From Dolichospermum flos-aquae CCAP 1403/13F (lineage in GTDB: Bacteria > Cyanobacteriota > Cyanobacteriia > Cyanobacteriales > Nostocaceae), in the NCBI RefSeq assembly GCF_012516395.1, contig NZ_CP051206.1:4243334-4283333 (forward strand): 40,000 bases of DNA, given 5' to 3'. Shown piece by piece: positions 9,801 through 18,800 of this stretch. A program made the translations under genes and the position numbers. Under the pieces are notes generated by a model. The model had not been told where the DNA came from, did no database searches, and saw only the letters and a program-made list of their open reading frames with translations. Position 1 is the first letter of the stretch; each line of letters starts with the position of its first letter.

Positions 9801-12800
9801 AATGGGGGCTGATTCTATCGTTTTCATGGAAACAGGTCAGAAGTTAGAAACCACTTTTGGGGTGAGAATTCCCATTCGCAAATTATTTGAAGACCTATCT
9901 ACCTTAAATGCGTTAGGTACTTATATTAACGAACATCTTCCCGCAGGATTTGTATTTACTCCACCTGCACAAAATAATAGTCAAGAGGTGGTATTAGCAG
10001 CAGAAGCAACTACCCCCAATGTCGAAACAAAGAAAAATGAATCTTTATCAGCTAATTCATCTCCACAAACTCCAGCACTTGAGCAAATTGGTACTAATGC
10101 CATAGAACGGATTATGAGCCAGCAGTTACAGGCCATGTCTGATCTCATGTCCCAACAATTAGCAGTCCTCCGGGGAGAAACAACATTATCACAAACACAA
10201 CAACATATTTCCCATCTTGTTTCCCCACCTGAAAATTCCCCTGTTAACTTTGCACAAACGGGAACTAAGAACTCTAAACGCCAAGAATTTTGGGAACGAC
10301 GGGAATTTAAACCCAGATTAAGTGAACTAGAAAAATCCGCTGCTGATTTTCCCATAAATGTTCCAGCTAATAAAGAAATGCAATTCAGTCTTTATTATTT
10401 CGGCAGTTATGACGCAGAATTTGCCAGCGATAAATATAGCCTTCTCTTTGCTGGAGTCAAATATGCAGACGAGAATGGCTTTACATCTGTGTGGCTACCA
10501 GAACGCCACTTTCACGCCTTTGGCGGTTTTTCCCCTAATCCCTCAGTTCTTTGTGCTGCCCTAGCTAAAGTCACCAGCCAAATTCATCTACGGGCAGGTA
10601 GTGTGGTATTACCTATCCATCATCCTGTACGCGTCGCCGAAGATTGGGCAATTATAGACAACATTTCCCAAGGACGGGTGGGAATTTCCTTCGCTTCCGG
10701 TTGGCATCCCCATGACTTTATATTTGCCCCTCAAGACTATGACGACCGCCGGGAAATTATGTTCGAGGGCATAGAAACAGTCCAAAAACTGTGGCGAGGA
10801 GAATCAATTCAATTGCCCAGTGGGTCTGGTAAACTAGCAGAAATTCGCACATTTCCCATGCCCCAACAACAGGAATTACCTGCTTGGGTGACAATAGTTA
10901 ATAACCCAGATACTTATATTCGAGCCGGGGCAATGGGAATAGGAGTTTTGACCAACCTTATGGGTCAAACTGTAGATGATTTAGCCCGCAATATTGCCCT
11001 CTATCGGGAATCTCTAGCACTTCATGGTTATGATGCCAGCGTTGGTCAAGTTACAGTGTTACTACATACCTTTGTCGGCACTGATCTTCAACAGGTACAA
11101 GAACAAGCTCGTCAACCATTTCAGGATTATCTCACCTCATCTATTGGTCTTTTTCAAGCCTTAGTGAAAAGTCAAGGTTTGGAAGTGGCAGATTTTGAAA
11201 AGATGACAGAGGATGACAAAGACTATATTCTGTCAGCAGCATATCAACGTTATATTCAAACCAGCGCCTTGATTGGGACACCAGATTCTTGTATTGAGAT
11301 TGTGGAAAAACTCCTAGCAATTGGTGTTGATGAAATTGCCTGTTTAATTGACTTTGGGGTGGAAGAAGCCGCTGTATTAGCAAATTTACCTCACTTAAAA
11401 ACTTTAAAAGAACGGATAAATCAACTAAAAACGGCTGATTGGCTTTATACCCTGGATTGGCAACAACAGCCCTGTGATGTTTCTGCACTTTCACCCGCAG
11501 AACCTGGACATTGGTTAATTTTTGCTGATAAACAAGGTGTGGGAAATGCTTTAGCAAATCAACTTCGTTCCCATGATCAAACCTGTGCGCTAATTTATCC
11601 TCAAGGTAGTGACACAACTTTACCTAAATCAGATTTGGAGCTTAATCCTACTGACCCAACGGCTTTTAATCAGCTTCTACAAAATCAAATTGCAGCTAGT
11701 GAACTTCCTCTCCAGGGAATTATTCATCTTTGGAGTCTCGACAGTCCATTATCTGACCAATTGACAGTTGATTTACTCCATCAATCTCAACAAATGGTCT
11801 GTGCTAGTGTGCTGCATTTGGTTCAAGCAGTAGATCAACATCCTGACTTAAAAAATGCTTGTCCACAACTGTGGTTAATCACCCAACAAGCAATTATGGC
11901 GGAAAACAATGCGCCAACTGGAATCGCTCAATCATCACTATGGGGTTTAGGTCGTGTAGTGACTATAGAACATCCAGAAATGTGGGGTGGTTTAATTGAT
12001 ATTGATGCTCAAAGAACGGCTTTTGAAGTTTCCCAGCAGCTATGGTTAGAAATCAGAGCGCAGCAAGGGAAGGGAGAACAAGCGGAAGATCAGGTTTTGC
12101 TACATCAAGAAAAACGTTATGTTGCCCGTCTAGCCCGTCATAGCGTCAGTAATGCTGATATTGTCCCTGTGAACTTGGGCTTAGAAGGAACTTATTTGAT
12201 TACTGGTGGACTGGGTGCATTGGGGATTCGGTTGGCAAAATGGTTAGTTGACCAAGGGATAGGTCATTTAGTCCTCTGTGGGCGTTCTGTCCCCTCTGCT
12301 AAGATTCAAACCCAGATTAGACAGTTGCAGCAACAGGGTATACAGGTGATGGTGGCTCAGTTAGATGTGTCTAATTCTGCTGATTTATCCGCGTTATTAC
12401 GAAAAGTACAAGAACGAACTAAAGACAATTGGCCGCAGCTTCAGGGCATTTTTCACTTGGCTGGGTTGTTAGATGATGGTGTATTATTTCAGCAGACCTG
12501 GGAACGCTTTGAGACGGTATTTAATCCTAAAGTTTTAGGAACTTGGAATCTTCATATTTTAACCCAAGACTTGCCAATCAAACACTTTGTGCTGTTCTCT
12601 TCCATTGCTTCCTTATTGGGTTCTCCTGGACAAAGTAATCATGCGGCTGCAAATGCTTTTATAGATGCTTTGGCTCATCTTCGTCGAGCTAAGGATTTGC
12701 CAGCAGTGAGTATAAATTGGGGATCTTGGACAGAAATCGGTAAAGTTACCCGATTAGAAGGAGCGCAGAAACAACGCTGGCAAGAGTATTTTGATAAACT

Positions 12801-15800
12801 TTGGCGCAGTTATGGTATGGAAGCGATCGCTCCCAGAGAGGGTTTTCACGCCCTGGGACAACTGTTAAATCAACCTCCTGTGCAAGTTGGGGTATTTCCC
12901 ATTGATTGGCCGAAGTTTTGTCAATCCCTCAATGTGCAACACAAGCCTCTATTGTTGAACTTAACGCAGCCACAAACACCCTCTGCTCATTTGAGAATAC
13001 CCTTAAGTGAAGCCCAAAAGCAACTATGGCTATTGTCGGAAATTGTTAGGGAGGGGTCTATTGTCTATAACGATAATGTCAACTTAGAATTACGTGGTGA
13101 TTTACAAGTAGAGATTTTAAAACAGTCAATCCAGACTGTGATTCAACGGCATGAATCACTGCGGACTGTGATTGACCCCCAAGGAGAATGGCAAGAAATT
13201 CTGCCTACCCTAGTCATAGAAATCCCCCTGATTGACCTCTCCAGTGTCCAGGGTGAACAGGATGATAAATTGCGGGATTGGTTGGTTAAACGTAGCCAAA
13301 AACCCCTGAATTTAGTCAAAGATCCTTTATTGCAAGTGGAAGTATTGAAACTGGAACAACAGCGTCATGTTCTAGTGATTACCATTCATCACATTATTTC
13401 TGATGGTTGGTCTGTGGAAAATATTCTCAAAGAAATTGCACAGATATATTCTGATTTAAGCAACGGTTCAGCAGTTACCCTAGATAGTCCCCTCCAATTT
13501 CGGGAATTTCTCAACTGGCAAAACAACCGCAGCCAAACTGAAGAAATGCTCAATCATGAGTCCTTTTGGCTAGAACAGTTTGCTAATTCTATACCAGTTT
13601 TAGAACTACCCACAGACCGCACTCGTCCCCTAAGTAAAACCTATCATGGTCATCGCCAAACTAGGGAGACTGATCCTAGTTTACGTGAACAATTACGACG
13701 GTTAAGCCAGGGTCAAGGATGTACCCTATTTATGACCTTGCTGGCGGCTCATTTCGTATTTTTGCATCGTCTCAGCAGACAGGAAGAAATAGTGCTGGGG
13801 ATTCCCACATCTGGGCGTTTTCTCTCTGGTGGTGAAACAATGGTCGGATACGCAACGCACCTATTACCTATCCGTAGTTGTTTCCAAGAGGATTTGACTT
13901 TTCTGGCTTATTTGGCGGAAATTCGCAGGACATTATTGACGGCTTATGAACATCAGGATTATCCCTTTTCCCAATTATTAAAGCGGCTGAATCTTAAATC
14001 TGATCACAGTCGTACACCTTTGGTATCTGTGACGTTTAACTTGCAGCCACCAGTACCCACTACTCAATTGAGGGATTTGCAGACAACTTTGGTAGAGCGG
14101 CCTGTGAGCTTTACTCACTTTGATCTGCATTTTATCGTTATTGATATGGGCGATCGCTTAATATTAGAGGCAAAATACAATACAGATTTGTTTAATGATG
14201 CCACTATTGAGCGTTGGCTAGATCATTTCCACACTTTATTACAGGAAATTATTGCCCAGCCAAATCAGTCTGTGGCGACTGTACCATTGTTGACTCACCA
14301 GCAGCGTCAGCAGTTGTTGGTTGGGTGGAATCCTCCTGCATCAAAGTTAGAACAGGATTGCATTCATCACCGTTTTCAGGTACAGGTTGATCAGACTCCT
14401 GATGCCATCGCTGTGGTCTGTGAAGAGGAGAAGTTAACGTATTATGAGTTAAATGCCCGGTCAAATCAACTCGCTTGTTTGCTTGGTGGTGAGATCAGAT
14501 ATGATTTAATGAACCACGAAGGCACGAAGGTCACGAAGGAGGAGGGGAAGAAGGAGGAGGGGAAAATTGACGGTTTTCCTGTTAGGTCTGGTGATCTAGT
14601 GGTGCTTTATGTTGGCCGCTCTGTTGTGTGTTTAGTTGGTATATTGGGAATATGGAAGGCGGGAGGTGTTTATGTGCTGTTGGATGCCTCTACTACACCT
14701 CCTCACCGTCTAGCGTTACTGCTTGCAGATATTCAACCGGCAGTGCTGTTAACTCAAGCCGAATACAGCGCCAATCTACCTGATTCTCTCTCATGCCCTG
14801 TGGTATTGCTGGACAGGGAATTGAGTACCAGTTCTGAAAATAGTCCCTGTCTAGTAAAATCTGATGATCTGGCATACATCATTTTTACATCCGGTTCAAC
14901 GGGTCAGCCCAAGGGGGTAGCTATTGAACATGGCAATCTCGCTGCTTATACTACAAGTATTATTGAATGTCTCGACTTGCAACCCGGTCGGAGTTTTGCT
15001 ACGGTTTCCACTTTTGCGGCCGATTTGGGTTATACCGCCATTTTTCCCACACTTTGTACTGGTGGTGTCCTGCACATTATTACACAGGAAACTTCTACTG
15101 ATCCTCGGTCTTTAGCCGCATACTTTAGCCAACATCAAATTGATTACCTGAAGATTGTTCCTGCTCACCTCAACGCTCTATTAGATGGTGAACAATCGCT
15201 ACAGGTATTACCGCGACATACTCTGATTTTGGGTGGAGATACTCTTGCTTGGGATTTAGCCCAAAAGATGCAAAATTTAGCACCTCAATGCCGGATTTTC
15301 AATCACTATGGACCGAGTGAAACAACAGTAGGAGTTTTAACTTTCTGCGTTCCTCAAGACCAGCAGCAGTTAGAATATCTATCTAAGACAGTTCCTTTAG
15401 GTCGTCCCCTTCCCCATGCCCAGGTTTATATTTTAGATCAGTATCAGCAACCTGTCCCCATTGGTGTACCTGGGGAAATTTATATTGGGGGTGCAAGTGT
15501 AGGTTCAGGATACTTTAATCGCCCGGAATTAACGGCGGCAAAGTTTGTCTCTCATCCCTATTCACATACCCCCGACTCTGAGCGGTTATACAAAACTGGA
15601 GATTTAGCTCGTTATCTGCCAGATGGTAATATTGAGTTCTTAGGAAGAATTGATAATCAAGTAAAAATACGGGGATTTAGAATTGAGTTGGGTGAGGTAG
15701 AATCTATCCTCAGTCAACATCCAGGGGTACAACAAGTAGTTGTCTTGGTAGAGGAAGAACGTCTCATAGCTTACTGGGTGGCGGTGCAAATAGTAGGTGT

Positions 15801-18800
15801 TAATGTTCCTTCTGCTCAGGAATTGCGCCAGTATTTGCAAGGGCAATTACCTGATTATATGATACCGAGTTTCTTGATCAACTTGGAGGGTATTCCCTTA
15901 ACAGCGAACGGGAAAGTAAATCGTCAGGCTTTGCCTCTGCCAGCACAGGATTTGAGCCAAGTAGCCGATTTTATTGCCCCGCGTACTCCTACGGAACAAG
16001 CGATCGCAGATATATTTACTACTGTTTTACGGTTGGAGTCCATAGGTATTGACAACAACTTTTTTGAGCTAGGGGGACACTCCCTGTTAGCTACTCAGGT
16101 AATCTCTCGCTTGCGGGAAACTTTCCAAATTAACCTCCCCTTGGTTAGCTTATTTGCAGCACCTACGGTGGCTGGAATTGACTCAATTATTCATCAGCAG
16201 TTGCAACAGGGTTTAGGAAAACTTGCCCCACCTATTCAGGCTGTAGAGCGGACTCCTGATCTAGAATTACCCCTAAGCTGGTCTCAAGAACGACTGTGGT
16301 TTATTGACCAACTGGAAGAGGCTAATGCAACCTATAATATGCCAGCGGCAGTTCGTCTTCAGGGTAATCTCCACGTTCCAGCTTTAGAACGGGCTTTGGC
16401 GGAAATTGTTCAACGCCATGAAGTGCTAAGAACGGGCTTTCAAACTAGAGATGGTCAAGCTGTACAAGTTATCTCACCGGCAGCTAGGCTAACTTTACCG
16501 ACAATTGATTTACAGTCTTTGTCCGTTGATCAACAGCAAATTAGTGTTCAAAAACACATCCTTGAGGCAGCGCAAACTCCTTTTAATTTGTCTCAACCTC
16601 CCTTGATGCGGGCTACCTTATTACTGATTAGTCCTAAAGAATATGTGTTATTAATTACAATGCACCATATTGTTTCTGATGGTTGGTCAGTGGGTGTTGT
16701 CGTGGGAGAATTATCCACTCTCTATCAAGCTTTTAGCCAAAACCGCATTTCTCCATTGACAAACCTGAATATTCAATATGCAGATTTTGCGATTTGGCAA
16801 CGTCAATGGTTGACAGGTGAGGTATTACAAACCCAACTCAGCTATTGGCAAACTCAGTTAGGGGGTAATTTACCAATTCTCAATCTTCCCCTGGATTATG
16901 GCTTATCTGCGGGACAAGATCATCGGGGTGTGGGGGAACATCTATCCATAGAGCGATCGCTTACTCAATCTTTAAAAGCACTCAGTGATCAAGAAGGGGT
17001 AACTTTATTTATGACCCTGTTCGCAGCTTTTAATGTGCTTTTGTCTCGTCACACAGGGCAAGAAGATATCATTGTCGGTTCACCCATAGCCGGTCGTCAT
17101 CATTTTGGTTGTGAAGATTTGGTCGGCTTCTTTATCAACACCTTGCCTCTTCGCACTAATTTAGCCGACAATCCCAACTTCCGACAATTATTAAAGCGGG
17201 TTCGGGAAGTAACACTAGGGGCTTATACCCATCAAGATATTCCCTTGGAAAAGTTGGTGGAAGAATTACGTCCAGAACGAGTCTTAAATCGCCATCCTTT
17301 GTTTGATGTGCTTTTTAACTTTGTGAACACCCCAGAGGCAGTTCTGGACTTGGGAGATTTGACCTTTGAACGGTTAACCCAACCCGAACCTTATGCTAAA
17401 TTCTGGCTAACCTTTTATATTCGTCAAGTTGGTGAAGCCTTAAATGTGGAACTGGTCTATCGTCAGGGTTTATTTGCCCCGTCACGGATGACCGCTTTAC
17501 TGGAGCAGTTTGTCTTTTTATTAACACAAGTGGTTGATCATCCTGATCAGAAGATTCAATCCTATTCCCTCTTATCTCCTCAATCTGCGGCTTTATTGCC
17601 TGATCCTGCCATGCCCTTGGTAGAGCCAGACTATGAGCTTGTATCCACATCATTTATCAACTGGGCAAAACAAACCCCTGCACAAATAGCAATTTGTCAA
17701 CATGGGCGAAATTGGACCTATGGAGAATTGGCGACAGTCTCCCGAAAAATAGCCCAAATGCTGATTCATCATGGATTACAGCCAAAGGATGCAGTCGCAT
17801 TGTCAGGCGATCGCAGTTTCGGTGTAATTGCTAGTATTTTGGGTATCCTTTTGAGTGGAGGCGTGCTAGTAATTATTGATCCCCACCTACCACCACAGCG
17901 TCAAAACCTGATGCTTGAGCAAACCCAAGCTCGTTATGTAATTACCATTGGTAATCCCTCAACAGTGTGGGAAAAGGAACTGAAAATCATCGCCATAGAT
18001 CCTCATACTGGGGCAATTGGGGAAGAAATGGCTACTGATGATATCCCCTTACCTGCCCTTGCACCCAATGATCCAGCCTACATCTTTTTTACCTCTGGTA
18101 GCACGGGAACGCCTAAAGGAGTATTGGGAACGCACAAAGGTATTGCCCATTTTATCCATTGGCAACGTCACACCTTTGAGATTACACCGAGCGATCGCAT
18201 TGCCCAACTAATTGGACTGGCCTTTGATGCCATTCTCAGAGATATTTTTCTCCCCTTAACCAGTGGTGCAACCCTTTGTTTACCAGATCCAGACTACATT
18301 CCCGGCTCACCTCAGATTTTGTCTTGGCTAGAAACAGAAAAAATCTCCCTATTTCATACCGTTCCCGCAGTTGCCCAATCTTGGTTACAACAAATTCCCG
18401 AAACAATCACATTAAGTTCATTGCGGTGGGTATTCTTTTCTGGAGAACCATTAACTCATTCCCTCGTTCAAAAATGGCGGCAAAACTTTCCAGCAGCCGG
18501 AAATATTGTTAATCTTTATGGTGCTACCGAAACCACAATGGTGAAGTGCTTTTATCAAGTACCTCCAGAAATTTCCGTGGGAGTTCTCCCTGGAGGTTGG
18601 CCTTTACCTGACACTCAAATTCTGATTTTCAATACTCAAAACCAACTTTGTGGTATTGGTGAAATTGGGCAAATTGTCGTGCGAACACCATTTCGGACAT
18701 TGGGGTACATTAACCCAATTCCCTCGCCATTTGTACTCAATCCATTTCGTCAAGATATGCAGGATTTGCTGTACTATACAGGCGATAATGGACGCTATCG

